Positions 42,340 through 54,949 of a stretch of DNA of 64,000 nt are shown here, in pieces (within the stretch, counting starts at the first letter, position 1; every line of letters starts with the position of its first letter). This stretch comes from Camelus ferus. Lineage: Eukaryota. The notes below the pieces were generated by a model that saw nothing but the letters and a program-made list of their open reading frames with translations, searched no databases and was not told the DNA's origin. A program made the position numbers and the translations under genes. Where the stretch lies: positions 92,134,001 to 92,198,000 of the forward strand of contig NC_045697.1 in assembly GCF_009834535.1 (NCBI RefSeq), in the 5' to 3' direction.

Positions 42340-42770
42340 AAAATACTATTTTTTTATTATGAAAGTAATGGATATAGAAACCAGGGAATGTTTACAAATA
42401 TGTAGAAGGAAACAGTTCTCCCCATTGATAACATTGCACTGTGTTTTATTCTTTTTATTCCGTATGTGCATTCATATATGTACATAACCATATACATATG
42501 CAGAGTCTTGCATTTCAATATATGTATGCATACATACGGTATTCACACATACATGTGTATATGTATGTGTTTGAATCTTGCATTTTCAAGTTACATTGTC
42601 ATTGGAAAGTTTCCCATGGAGTTAATCATGAAAAAGCATTACATTAATGGCTGCTTTACAGTCCAATGATAAATACACTCTAATTCATCTCTCCATTCTC
42701 CTATTAGGAAATCATCGATCTTTCCTGTTTTTAATATCATAGATTCAGTTGTAATGAATTAACTTCTAAG
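42340..42770 (-). mobile_element. L1ME-like 3' end
   Basis: ttattatgaaagtaat..taatggctgc..ctcctatt..gttgtaatgaa. Confidence 0.55.
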
Positions 42771-42939
42771 GAAAGTCAGTTTTATGTAGACTATAGTGAA
42801 CTAGCTTCTTTCAGTTTACCATATTCTACCTAGTTTACCGGGTTCACAGCAGACAGTCCTTGTTTTATTTAAACATACTGAATATTCTTTATGATGTGTT
42901 ACTTACAAATGAAATCACTTGCTTCTTTTAAAACCATAG

Positions 42940-43280
42940 ATTCTTCTATCTCATTTCTCTTTATTTGGCTGTGTTTTTCTGACTGTTTAATACTTTCTGT
43001 CTAAAACGTCTTCTTTCTAGGCTTCCATAACACTGTACTATCTAGGTTGGCACCCGACATCTATGGCCAAGTTTCGTTTTCTCCCCCTCACCCTTGGAGC
43101 AGTACCCGGGGTGCAGTAGTCAGTCTTCTCTCTGGCTTTTCTCGCTTGAGGAACTCATTCATTCTGAAGACTTCAATAACCAATGCCATGTGGCTTGAAC
43201 CTATTTTTGTTCATACATATCTTACCTCTTATGACTGGGAAAGACTCTTGAATCATAGAATATGCCATATGATTTCCCCC
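42940..43280 (+). mobile_element. L2 RT-region fragment
   Basis: aaaacgtcttctttctaggcttccataacac..gaactcattcattc. Confidence 0.6.
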
Positions 43281-43329
43281 TTATTCTGTACACTAAGTAC
43301 TATGCTATTAGCACTACTACTACTACTGT

Positions 43330-43530
43330 TAATAGTATTCTCATTGGCCATTCACCATATAGGCCAAGTATTTTGCAAAGCACTTTTTAATATTCATCCA
43401 AATTAACCACCACAAAATGTCTATGAGATGGATATTATTATTCTTATTTCACAAATAAATAATGTGAGTTTCCAGGGTGCTAAGTATTTTGCCAAGGTCT
43501 ACATGACCCTAAAGAGCAGATATAACCTAT
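43330..43530 (-). mobile_element. MIR SINE
   Basis: ctatgagatggatattattattcttatttcacaaat..ttgccaaggtc. Confidence 0.7.
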
Positions 43531-44299
43531 CACACTATTCAGCCTCATCATAGATCATAAGTCGTTAATGCACACAGAGTGGTACCATCTTTACAAATAG
43601 TTTCATTGTCAGTCAATTATTTTTTTCTTAATAACTAATACAAAATTCAAAATAGAGCTTAACCATGGAGTTCAACAATGGTCCTGAGAGAAAGCAATTC
43701 AGAATGTGAACCTAAAATGTGAGATGATAAATAGTTCCCTTGAAAAACTTGTATAGTTCCTTAATCCCTTACCTGACTGCATCCCTCTCCAGCTGGCAAA
43801 GCTTGCTTTTGTTATTCCATTCTGTTCTTTCCTGACCCCCTCAGCCAGTGGTGCCTGGATAGTGGATATGGGGTTGGGCATAAAGGATTTGTTGGTGAGT
43901 GAACAACACAGCCACAGCTCTGCAGGCATGTGGGCTATGGGGTCAGCATTGTTTGTAATATAAATCCATTCCTGGAAAAGGTTTCTGTCTTGGGCTATGC
44001 AGCTCCACATTCATCTCCTCTGTTTACTTCTATGGCTCCAGGATGCCTCTCTCCTTTTTCCACTTCTGTTTGTTTGTTTGTTTGTTTTACCAAAATTTCT
44101 CTCCTAAAGAATATCCTCTCATGGTTATTCTCCTGATTGAGGGAGAAAATCATGGCTCCTTTGAAATTTTTCTTCTAGGCAGGTTTCCTTTCTGGTTAGA
44201 AACAAAGAAACAACACAAATTTAATTTTTAAAAAGCTGTGTCCAAAATTCTCCTTTAGGAATGAGGAAGTCCTAAGTTACAATTCCACAGTAGTGCGGT

Positions 44300-44430
44300 C
44301 CCATTCTTCAGAATGTGAGCTTTCACTGCAAACCTGGATTTTAGTCCCAGCTCTGTCACTTGGCCAAGTGGTTAACCTTTCAGAGGCTCAGTTCCTTCGT
44401 GTTTAAAATGGGAAAACTAAAATTCAGCTA
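44300..44430 (+). mobile_element. MIR SINE
   Basis: cctggattttagtcccagctctgtcactt..ctcagttccttc..taaaatggg. Confidence 0.75.
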
Positions 44431-44560
44431 TCTTTTATAGCCGAATCTGCAATTAATTTCTTCTTTGTTTTGTAGCAATGAGCAAAAAAAAAAAAAAAAA
44501 AGGGAAAGGGGAAAAGAAGGGAGCCCAGACAGCAACTGAATGGAATCCTGTGCACCTACT

Positions 44561-44579
44561 CGGCCAGCAGGAGGCGCTA
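44561..44579 (+). promoter_or_regulatory. Strong candidate CTCF site
   Basis: CGGCCAGCAGGAGGCGCTA vs consensus TGGCCACCAGGGGGCGCTA. Two CpGs are retained in a CpG-depleted region. Confidence 0.7.
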
Positions 44580-45399
44580 TCAGGAACCTATGCAGGGTCA
44601 GGAAGTCCTAGTTAATGCTAATAAGTACATCCTGTTTGATTGATTTCTTATTTATTAGCCAAAGATAATTATTGCATTTTAAACTAAAAGTGTATTATAA
44701 CTGTCATTAGCCTTGTCAAACTGCTAAATTTGAAAAACGCTAGTACAATTTTTACTTCAAAAATCATGTTATTTCCTTGATCCTTCCCCACATTCTTTCT
44801 CTTTATTGCTGCTTGCTGAACTGCATATTACCTTTTTAATTCTGCATCTTTGTTTCATAGCTACCCTCATTTGCATTCCTAAAATCAGATGTTCCTTTCA
44901 TATAACACAGTATCCTAATTAAAATATTAAAAGATGCTTTTTGAATGAAGAGAATTTACATTGCCATAAAAAATGATCAGAGTGATGCAGGATGTTTCCT
45001 TTTTATATTTCAATGACATTTTCTCTCTAAATTATTTCTAGTTATGGAGTTAACCCTCTCAGCCTTCAGGGTGGATTAAAACTGTGGAAGGGAAATAGGC
45101 AGCAAAAAGAGTTCAAGCAAAAAGAAAGTGCTGACTTCATAGTAAAATTCTGAAGAAAAAATTTAATGTATTTACTTTCTAATTAACTCTCACCAAGGTG
45201 TCTTATTTTCTTGATTGATTGCTCCTTCAATTTGCGGGGTAGGGCTAATCACATTTTGGGTTCACAACTCATTGTTTTTCTGTTTGTGGAAATCCAGTCC
45301 CTTGTTTCATTTGACTTTCTTTCCTTTCTTGATCTCCATTCTCATCCCACTCACTTTTACTGAAATGTTTGAAACCCTTACAATTTTCTTTTAAATATC

Positions 45400-45840
45400 T
45401 TTTGTAATTATATGTATTTTAAGTTAACTAAATGATGCCTTATTCTGTTTCCTACTCTTTTGACTCAACACTATGATTTTGAGGTCTGGATATTATTGCT
45501 GAATGTATCTGTCGTTTGTTGCTCTTCAGCAACATTCAGTCCACTGTTCTCATCATTACTTTAGGAACAGACATCTGAGTTGTCCTCAACTTCCTTCGCC
45601 CACCTGCAATACCATCATAAACATCCTAGCAGAACTATGTGTGAACTTGGAGTTCAAGCACCAGGTCACAGAATGTACATTTAATTTTTCTAAAATCTTT
45701 GATACAGCTTTACAGAAAGGCTGCATCAGTTTAGTCACTCTAGAATTTTTATTTCCCCCCACTTGTTCAGAAGCATGTACTGTCATTCCCCTCTTCAATT
45801 TTTGTTTTTCTAATGGGAATAAGTGATTAACTCATTAATT
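45400..45840 (-). mobile_element. L1ME-like fragment
   Basis: gacatctgagttgt..gctttacagaaaggctgcatcagttt..tctaatggg. Confidence 0.6.
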
Positions 45841-45859
45841 TACTTCCCGGTTCCAAGAA

Positions 45860-46422
45860 CAGTTTCAGAGGAGATGAAACTGAATCCCCCTAAATCCAAG
45901 TTCCCTTACCAAATTTATGATGAATCTCTCTACCCAAAACTTTATGCCCTTTCTTGTCTCCTCTGAACACAATCCTGTGCTAACTGAACCCTAATCAACC
46001 AGGGTCAGATGCCTGAAATTGCTGTTATGGATAATATTGTTAGTGTACTAAAATTGCTATTACAGATACCATCATTAATATACAAACTCAGGTTGTTTCT
46101 CCAGGGTCCGGTGAGCTAACACGGCCCTGGGCTGTGGACCACGTGGCCAGAGCATCCTAAACCAGAAACATCCTGAATCCTGAAATTATGATTAAGAAAT
46201 GTCACCAAAATTTCACAAGATAATGATTAACCCCAGCCTCTTTCTTCTTCCCCTTTAAAAACCCTTCAGCTCAGAGATCAGGTTGGAGTGGATCAGAGGC
46301 TTGTCTTCCACTTGTTTGCTTGGCACCTTGCAGTGAACACTGTGCTTTCCTTCAGTACAACTCAGTCTCAGCAGATTGGCTTTGCTGCTGATTGGGCGTT
46401 CGGGTCCAAATTCGGTTCAGAG
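45860..46422 (+). mobile_element. ERV1-class solo LTR
   Basis: cttcccctttaaaaaccc TATA region; U5-like agattggctttgctgc..ccaaattcggttc end. Confidence 0.65.
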
Positions 46423-46424
46423 AT

Positions 46425-46650
46425 TGCACAGTTGGAATCGGTACCCTTCTACCCACAAACAGTGGAGCCTCAGACAAGTTTTAATCTCTCTGTCCTTCAG
46501 ATCTTCACTGATGAAGGAGAAACAACACTAGCACCTAATTCATATTGGTGCTGTGAAAATTATATGAGCAAAAGTATATAAAAGAATTCAAAAGCATGTC
46601 TGATTCATTATAAGCCCATTTATATGTCACTGTCATTATTAGTTTGTTTA
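46425..46650 (+). mobile_element. MIR SINE
   Basis: acaagttttaatctctctgtccttcag..gcacctaattcatattggtgctgtgaaaatta. Confidence 0.65.
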
Positions 46651-47839
46651 TAAAAATGTAAACTCCATGAGGGCAAGATTCTGTTTATTTACTGTTCTAA
46701 CCAAAGTGCCTAGAATACTGAAGTATACTGGAGATATTGAAACTTTATCACTTTCCTGGAAAACACTAAACTTAATCATATTGCATCGTTTTTAGTACCT
46801 TAATACATTTTTTTAGAATTTTTTTTTTTGGTATAACCAGTACTATAAATCTAGAAAATCACCCACAAAAGACTATGTGGCAAAAACAGAAAAACACAAA
46901 TCAAATCCTCCATTTCACTCTCTCATGGTAATCAGCCCTCCTCTGCCCCAGGACACTGTTTACAACACTTCCCTAAAGATTTTTCATAGCCTTTACTATA
47001 GTTTTTCAGAGCCTTTTTCCCTAATTCTACATTATTTCTAATATTGGAGAGTATCAGAAGCCTAGGCTAATTTTTCCCTTTCCATTAACTTATCAAACTT
47101 GCAGGTGACCAAATGCTTAAAGGTATCACCAGTTCATTCAGTGAAAGACTTAATATTCAAAAAACATATTGTCTGTATTAAAACAGTAAAAATTCAATGT
47201 AAATTAAAATGTAAGGTATTATGTTTACAATCAACATTTCAATTGTCAATCAATGGAATATGCATGAATTAAAGGTACCATTTGTTAAACTAATGGGAGT
47301 ACTTAATTGGCTAATTGGTCTATTATGAGATAATGCAATATGGCATCCAAAAAATATTGAGAAGACTTGCTTTTGGTAGACCAGGTATTCCAATAGAACT
47401 TCCTATATCAGAAAACTGGGTCCAAAATAGCACAGTTGTTTCATTCAATGGGATTGATGTGCAAGTGTCAGGGAGGTCTCCGTGGACCCTGCAAATTCAA
47501 ATTCTTCTTCCTCCTTCTCCTCCTCCTTATCATCATCATCTGTGAGCTTGTGTCTGTGAGCTTGAGTTGAAACAGCGAGTAGTAAGGTGTGGGAAGAAAT
47601 GGGCTTTCTTGGGAACAGACGCCAAAACCAGTTCTGTATTGGAGCACTGGTCCTCAGACAAGCTTTTTGAGCTGAGTTTGGAGCATTTATATTGATCTAG
47701 GCCCTTAAATGGGATTGAAGAATTCCAGAACAGAGGCAACTTATGGCTTTTAGAAGGTGTAAATCTTGTCTAGAAGAAAGTGTTGCCAATTATGTTCCTA
47801 AAATCTTAAACATTAAGGACAATAAAGATGCTTATTAAC

Positions 47840-48510
47840 AATATGACCAAGCAAATAAGAAGGGAAGTCACCACAAGTATGCCTGTCAGTAGAAACAATT
47901 GACATGTTTAGACATCCCCCTCAACACCTGCATTCCAGACTGCAGATATTGGAATTCTCTGAGATAGACTGTAGAATAGTTACAAATAAAGTTTTTAAAA
48001 GGGTAAAATAAAATATATGAATAAATGCCTAGAGAGTATTAAGGATGACTAGGCATATTTTAAGAAGAAACAAATCTACCAGAAATAAAAATATAATTGC
48101 TAAAAAATATGGGGAGGCTATAGCTTAATGTAGAGAGCATGCTTAGCATGCACAAGGTCCTGGGTTCAATCCCCAGTACCTCCATTAAATACATACATAC
48201 ATACACCTAATTACCTACCCACAAATTTTTTTTTTAAACTCAGTGCACAGATTTACAGTGATCCTACATAACTGAATAGAGAACATTTGGGAAACTATAT
48301 ATCCTAAGGAATTATTCTGAATTCAGCCCCGATAGAATAGCTTATGGATAATAATAGAGAAATTTTAAAAAATACTACAATGAGAAGATCTAATCAGAGT
48401 TTCCTAAAGAAAGAATAGAGAAAGTAGAAGAGGGGCAATACTTTTAAGAATAAAGACTAGGAATTTTCAGAACTGATAAAACACATGAATGCACAGATTT
48501 AAGCATTAGA
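47840..48510 (+). mobile_element. Old L1 ORF1-region fragment
   Basis: cagatattggaattctc; atgagaagatctaa; gaattttcagaactgataaaacacatgaatgcacagatt. Confidence 0.65.
48111..48235 (+). mobile_element. tRNA-Ala-derived camelid SINE (vic-1-type)
   Basis: ggggaggctatagc..agcatgcttagcatgcacaaggtcctgggttcaatccccagtacctcca, then (taca)n and an acctaattacct tail. Confidence 0.85.
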
Positions 48511-48799
48511 AAAGAAGTTTTGTTCACAGGATTGTGGTATAAGAAAGTAAGTTCTGGAAATATGCAATGTGAAATAAACAAAGAAAGTAGCAAATATATT
48601 AACCAAGAATAAAATAATAATTTTGTTCAATAATAGAGAAAATGTTGGTAATGGGCACTAGCCTGAAATTTAGACAAAGAGTTCCCCACCTGAAAAATTT
48701 TGGGAGAGACTGTCTATGATATTTTTTGATTGAAAATATGATTAGTGGGACTTTGGAGCCCTGACACCGTAAGATAATATAATTGAAGAAAGTTACAGG

Positions 48800-49470
48800 A
48801 CATCAGCAAGATGATGGACTAGCTGGATCTTGGTTTTCCCTCCTCCCACAGATGAACTGACAAAACAGCTACACACCGATCAATTGACTTCAAGAGAAAT
48901 CCAGAAACTAGTCAAGACACTCCTAAACACCAGGTGACTGAGAAAATCCCACATCAAAACCAATAGGAAAAAGTTGAGACAAATTATTCTGTATCTGGGA
49001 ACTGACGGAGCAGGCAAAGGACTTGTATCTAAAATATATGAAGAACCCCTAAAAGTCAACAACAAGAAAGCAATCTGTAAAAAATGGACAATAGGTCTGA
49101 ATAGACACCTCACCAAAGAAGATATGCTAATGGAAAATAAGTGTATAAAGTGATGCTCAATATCATTTGTCATCAAAGAATAGCAGATTAAAACAATAAT
49201 GACATACCACTACACATCTATTAGAATGACAAAAATTTAAAAAATTGACAACATCAAATGCTAGTGAGAGTGTGGAGCAAAAGGACTCTCATTCATCATA
49301 CAGTCATTTTGGAAGACAATATGGTAATTTCTTACAAAGATATAGACAGTCTTACCATTCAATAGAGCAATTTTATTCCTAAGTATTTACCCAATGAGTT
49401 TGAAAACTTATACCCACTCAAAAAGATGCAAATGAATTTCTACAGCAGTTTAATTCATAATCACAACTTT
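48800..49470 (+). mobile_element. L1 5' UTR piece joined to L1 ORF2 3' piece
   Basis: caagatgatggactag..gagaaatccagaaactagt (5' end), then caaaggacttgtatctaaaatatat..acctcaccaaagaagatat (late ORF2, L1MC-like). Confidence 0.75.
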
Positions 49471-49774
49471 AAAAAAATAAATAGAATTAGATATAACATC
49501 TGAAATTAGTAAAATATAGATATTTATCTTGTTAATAGTCATTGGTAATTTATATATCCAACTCATTGATGACTGCTCTTATTTTAATGAGGTTTGTTTG
49601 ATTTCTCTATGATGATCAGGTAAAAATCCAATAAAGAGTGTAGAGTAACTGTGGTTCTCTTTTCTTGGTTCTTCCATCACTTGTTTTTGGAGTATTTTCT
49701 TCCTAATTTTAGTTTTCAGATATTGTCCTAACTTCAGGATTCACTTTGCCATTCATTTCCCACTACTGTTTCTT

Positions 49775-49846
49775 TTTTTTATTTAATTGAAGTATAGTCA
49801 GCTTATAATGTTGTGTTAATTCCTGGTGTACAGCATAGTGATTGAG

Positions 49847-49912
<66 letters not shown>

Positions 49913-50701
49913 CTTTTCATTTTCTTTTTCTTATAGGCCATTACAAGGTATTGAATATAGTTCCCTGTGCTATACAGTAGGACCTTATTGTTTATCTATT
50001 TTATATGTAGTACTTAGTATCTGCAAATCCCAAACTCCCAATTTTTCCCTCCACACACCCCTACCCCCACCTCCCCTGTAACCATAAGTTTGTTTTCTGT
50101 CTGTGAGTCTGTTTCTGTTTGTAAATAAGTCCCTTTGTGTAAATTTTTTAGATTCCACATGTAAGTGATATGTGGTATTTTTCTTTCTCTTTCTGGCTTA
50201 CTTCACTTAGTATGATATTCTCCAGGTCCATCCATGTTGCTGCAAATGGCATTATTTTATTTTTTTTTATGGCTGAGCAGTATTCCATAATATATATATA
50301 AATATCACAACAGTCATCTACTGATGGACATTTAGGTTGTTTCCATGTCTTGGCTATTGTAAATAGTGCTGCTATGAACACTGGGGTGCATGTATCTTCT
50401 CAAATTAGAGTTCCCTCTAGATATATGCCCAGGAGTGGGATTGCTGGATCATATGGTAAGTCTATTTTTAGTTTTTTAAGGAATCTCCATACTGTTTTCC
50501 ATAATGCCTGCACAAAACTACATTCCAACTAACAGTGTAGGAGGGTTCTCTTTTCTCCACATACTCTCCGGCATTATTATTTGTGGACTTTTATTGTTGC
50601 CATTCTGACTGGTGTGAGGTGATAACTCATTGTAGTTTTGATTAGCATTTCTCTGATAATTAGCAATATTGAACATTTTTCATGTGCCTATTGAACATTT
50701 G
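49775..50701 (-). mobile_element. 5'-truncated young L1 with TSD and internal (TA)n (49848-49910)
   Basis: ORF 50148..50381 [44 protein letters not shown] cccactact(g/c)tttctt at 49759 and 50702. Confidence 0.95.
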
Positions 50702-51268
50702 CCCACTACTCTTTCTTAATAAGGAAGATGTAATGTAGAAAACATCTTTCAGATGCCCGTATAGGGTCAAATCAAAAGATGACATCTCCGTATTATGTAA
50801 AGGAGAGGACCACAGCTCAAGTTATTTCTATGTACCACAAGGAGGAGCTCACTTAATTACCAGTCTCAGCGAAGATTTCCCTACTTTATATGCAGGTAAA
50901 GCAACATTCTGAAGAGATCAAATAATGTGTTTTTTGCAGCTTGATCCCATGATTTTAAAGCACATAAAATTGTATTATAGTGAAAATTTCACCCAAATAC
51001 CCTTCACTGCTTAAGTAATGCTAAAGCGTTCATAACTAGACCAGGTATCTGTTACATAATCATACACAGTGAGCCTAAGTGTACTCACATTACTATGACT
51101 GATTTTGTTGAATGAACTTAAATTTTTATTTAGCAAGAAATATTAATTGATATGTAAGCATTTTTTATTTATTTGTCCCATCAGTCATTAAAACTAAGTT
51201 ACTCAATATGTACTATGTAGTAGGCAAAAATTGCAGTGGAAATATGGATTTAGAATATCTTGTAATTA

Positions 51269-51492
51269 CAGACATACCTCAGTATCTGCAGGAAACTGGC
51301 TCCAGGAACCACTGCAGGTACTAAAATCTTTGGATGCTCAAGTACCATAGTCAGCCCTCTGGTATCTGTGGTTCTGCATCAGTGGATTCAACCAACCACA
51401 GATTGTGTAGTACTGTAGTACTAACTGAAAAATACCACAGAGGTGTAAGTGGACTCTTGCAGTTCCAACCCTTGTTGCTCAAGGGTAGATGG
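51269..51492. mobile_element. MER8/Tigger2-type TcMar MITE
   Basis: TA-flanked; ggatgctcaagt; ggattcaaccaacc; gtaagtggac..gcagttccaaccc..tcaagggt. Confidence 0.85.
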
Positions 51493-52329
51493 TATATAAT
51501 TCTCATTTGGAAAATTATTGTTTATATTTTACAATTTGAATTAGAAATTGATCTTTGAAATATTTAAATACATCCAGCATTTGAGGAAAGTTTTAATATT
51601 TTAAAAAGTTAATCATGCACATTTACTATACTAAATATCACCAATATAGTGATAAATAGAACTATTATTAAATAAGTTGCATCATACATAAATACACAAA
51701 ACTGGCACATATTAACATTTTTCAGAGAAAAATGAAAAGGAGTGATTTGAATAGTAAATGCTAAATGTCTTGAGGGAGAAAAAAATGAGAAAGAAAAATT
51801 GAGATCAGCTGTGTAGTGGGGCAATAGTCTTCTTGATTTTGGCATTTAGGAGTTATTTTAATCTTTTATTCTGACTAAATCTCTTGTTGCATCCTGTCCT
51901 ACTGCATAAAATCAACATTACGCACACACACTTTACCCAGTACCTAACTTAGCTCTCCTGGAAATTCTTCATGTAAATTTCTATCCTTTATCCTACCATA
52001 GATACCCTCAAGTATTGTCTTTGAACCTATATTCCCTTATTGTTATTTTGTTATTTCAGTCAATTTATTTTTCCCATTATAGAAGCTATGTCCACCAAAT
52101 ATTTATAGTTTGAAACATACGCAAAAATAGAAAGATAACTCCTTTCTATAAAGTTTTATTCTCCAACACAATCACAACTGGATTGCTTGACAAATTTAAT
52201 TGAAATGCATTTGTGAGTTTTCTTCCTAGGACCCTTATTTGGGTCTTTGATCTAGATTCATTGCTATATAGTGGTTACTGAGGCACCATGTAATTCCCCC
52301 TTCAGGGACCTAAAACATTTTGCTTTAAA

Positions 52330-52492
52330 TATTTGTTAAATTGCCTGCCTTTGTTCAGCCTTCCACCTCCACCCCCACTCTGATGAGATTATAGACTCTA
52401 AAAAAGCAAAGACTCTGATTCAAATATCACTGTATTCCTAAAATGTAGTAAAGTATTGTGCACATAGTAGGGTTAATAAATATTTGTTCCAT
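52330..52492 (+). mobile_element. L2 3' end
   Basis: tcactgtattcc..cacatagtagg..aataaatatttgtt. Confidence 0.65.
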
Positions 52493-53280
52493 ATATCAGT
52501 CATGATCATAAAAGTGTAATCCTGATTTTGCAATTAACATAATGGCATAAGTATTCCTCCATGTTACAGTATTTACTTTTAAGTATTTTTATGTGTTTCA
52601 CCATCTGTTCATTGCATAAAAATCAATTTCAAGATTGTTGGACACTTTGACTTACGTTTATCACTGCCATAAACCAAGGTTCTTAGCAGTGCAATCTCCC
52701 TCACCAATTCCTACTATACCTTGCTTCCTCTTCACTTCTATAAACTACAACTAAATCTGTTTAAAAAAAAAAAAAAAAAAAAAGACAAGAAGGTCCTAAT
52801 TCAAAAACTAATGACATTCAAAGCTAATGAGACAAATCCTAAAACTTCCTCTGTGCTTCTTTATTCCTGCTGGCTTATTTTTTAATTTAATGACATCACA
52901 GTAAGCATGAAAGTCTTTCTTCCTCCTCTTTAAAAATATGGCCTCTTTTATTCTAGTTAATTTTAAAAATTCACTTTATCACTCTAATCACTACATTTTA
53001 CATAAAAGCATTGAAGAGAACATGAAGAAATGTTCTATCTTTAAATTTGTTATTTTAATCAAATCTGGTGATTTATTGACTAATATGATTAATATGACCA
53101 GCCACAGTATTATGCAAGGTACTGAGGCCCAGATTAGTGAGATGAGCAGACATGTAAACCAAAACTGATTACACACTTCAAGATCAGGGCTATCAACCAA
53201 AATATGGAAAGTATGGAAATATAAGGAATCTATTTTCTGTATGAGGGCTTTCATTTTAGGAAATGATTTAGCAGAGTCAC

Positions 53281-53699
53281 TGGTAAGAGAGCTCTCTAAA
53301 ATGGAGCCGGGAGTCCACTGAGGAAGTGGGACTTACGCAAGTCTCAGCGCAGATAGAACTGGAAATTTTGACCACTTTTTGTTTTAATACTGACATTCAG
53401 AATATTTGTACAGTGTTCCAGAAATTCGGGATATTTATAGGACCTTTGCTCTAAATAACTCATGACAGCCTATCCCTTAATGACAAATATTTCCTTTTTG
53501 CATTAGAGCTGATCATAATTCTTGCAAGATAACTTTAACAACCTGTGACTTTTGCCTTTATTAACTCCTTTATATTTCTCTTCCCCAGAACACTTTTTCT
53601 GTTTTACCAGAATCTGTGTTTCCCTAATTGGCAATTCCTAAGACCCCCCAATAAAGCTTTTTTTCTCTTTGCAGCCTTGATACTGCTTATTGTTGGACA
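53281..53699 (+). mobile_element. ERV-type solo LTR
   Basis: TG..CA ends; ctaaaatggagcc; tttgcctttattaactc TATA region; gcaattcctaagacccccaataaa. Confidence 0.6.
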
Positions 53700-54409
53700 C
53701 AAGCAAGTTAATTTTGTGTCCAAAAAGGGAAGAATTCGAATTGACAATCAGAAATCTATATTTTAGTATATAGAAATATCCAAACTAAGTTATCAAAAAT
53801 GAAAAACCATCAAGTGTGCAAATCTATATAAGCATTGCCTCTTCACTTATTTTTAAAAAGCTATTTGAATGCTTGATAAATTGCCAAGCAACAGTCAATT
53901 ACATATCACGAAGGGACTTCTGTACAACTCAGAAAGGACTAAAACTTGGTTTGTCATTATTGTCTCTGAAAACATGAATCAGATTAAAACCTTTTTTTGT
54001 GTGTCCTGGAATGATACCCCTATCAGCTGAGAGTTCTGGGTTTCTATGCAAATATTGTTACCTGAGTATATCAGAAATTTCCTTTCAGAATCATCTTCAA
54101 AGTAGGGACAGATCAAAGTGCAGGGTCCTAGATCAAAACAAGCAATGCCTTTTAAAAAACTCTTATTTTTGCTGTAATTCAAAGCAAGTTAATAAATGCT
54201 ATCTCCTCAACATCATTATAGGGAAGAAAAATTTAACACTGGCCCTCTCATCGGCTTACCTTGAAGTTGAAGAAGGACTTGTAAAAAAATAGAAAGTAGG
54301 AGACTGTATTGTTTCATGTCCTGAAGAAAACAGAAACAAATGCTTGTTCTATAAAAAGTAATTAAACGTATATGATGGAAACCCTTGTAAAATCTTTGTC
54401 CATACATAC

Positions 54410-54590
54410 CTCTGTCTCAGCTCTTATCACATTGAACTATGATAATATGCTTATATTTCATTTTATTTACTGTGTCATAAACCTCTTAAAGGAAGGGACA
54501 ATATCTTTTTTATCTTTGTTTCATTAGCACCTACAGCAAATATCTGCCTCACAATAGCTCCTTAATAAGTGTTAAAAAGAACTGAGAAAA
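54410..54590 (+). mobile_element. L2 3' end
   Basis: aaacctcttaaaggaagggac..tagcacctacagc..taataagtgtt. Confidence 0.6.
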
Positions 54591-54830
54591 AAAAGAAAGT
54601 CTCTTTGATAACAGAGTGTTTTTGAATAAATGTGTCATGAGAACTTTACCTGGTAATTAATTGTGTCATATGTAGAACCTAAAAGGATTTGTAAATGGAC
54701 TGTTCAAATAACATTTACTCTGGGGTATTTTTCCATCCATTTAAATAATTGCATATATTTTACCTTAGAGTATAAAAACAACTCAAAATGCCACTATCAC
54801 ATCAAAGACATAAAACTTCAACTTTTAGTT

Positions 54831-54949
54831 TCCTTTAAAAATGCAGTTGTTTCACCAATATTTAAAAATTCATAAATTGAAATTAGTCACTCCTTTAAAA
54901 ATGTAGTCATTTCACCAATATAAAAAAATCATAAATTGAAATTAGTCAT
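54831..54949. repeat. About 60-bp tandem duplication (2 copies)
   Basis: tcctttaaaaatg..cataaattgaaattagtca at 54831 and 54891. Confidence 0.92.

Noticed and set aside
48111..48184. Functional tRNA-Ala gene
   Set aside because: Degenerate A box/D arm, SINE-type tail, and inserted within an L1.
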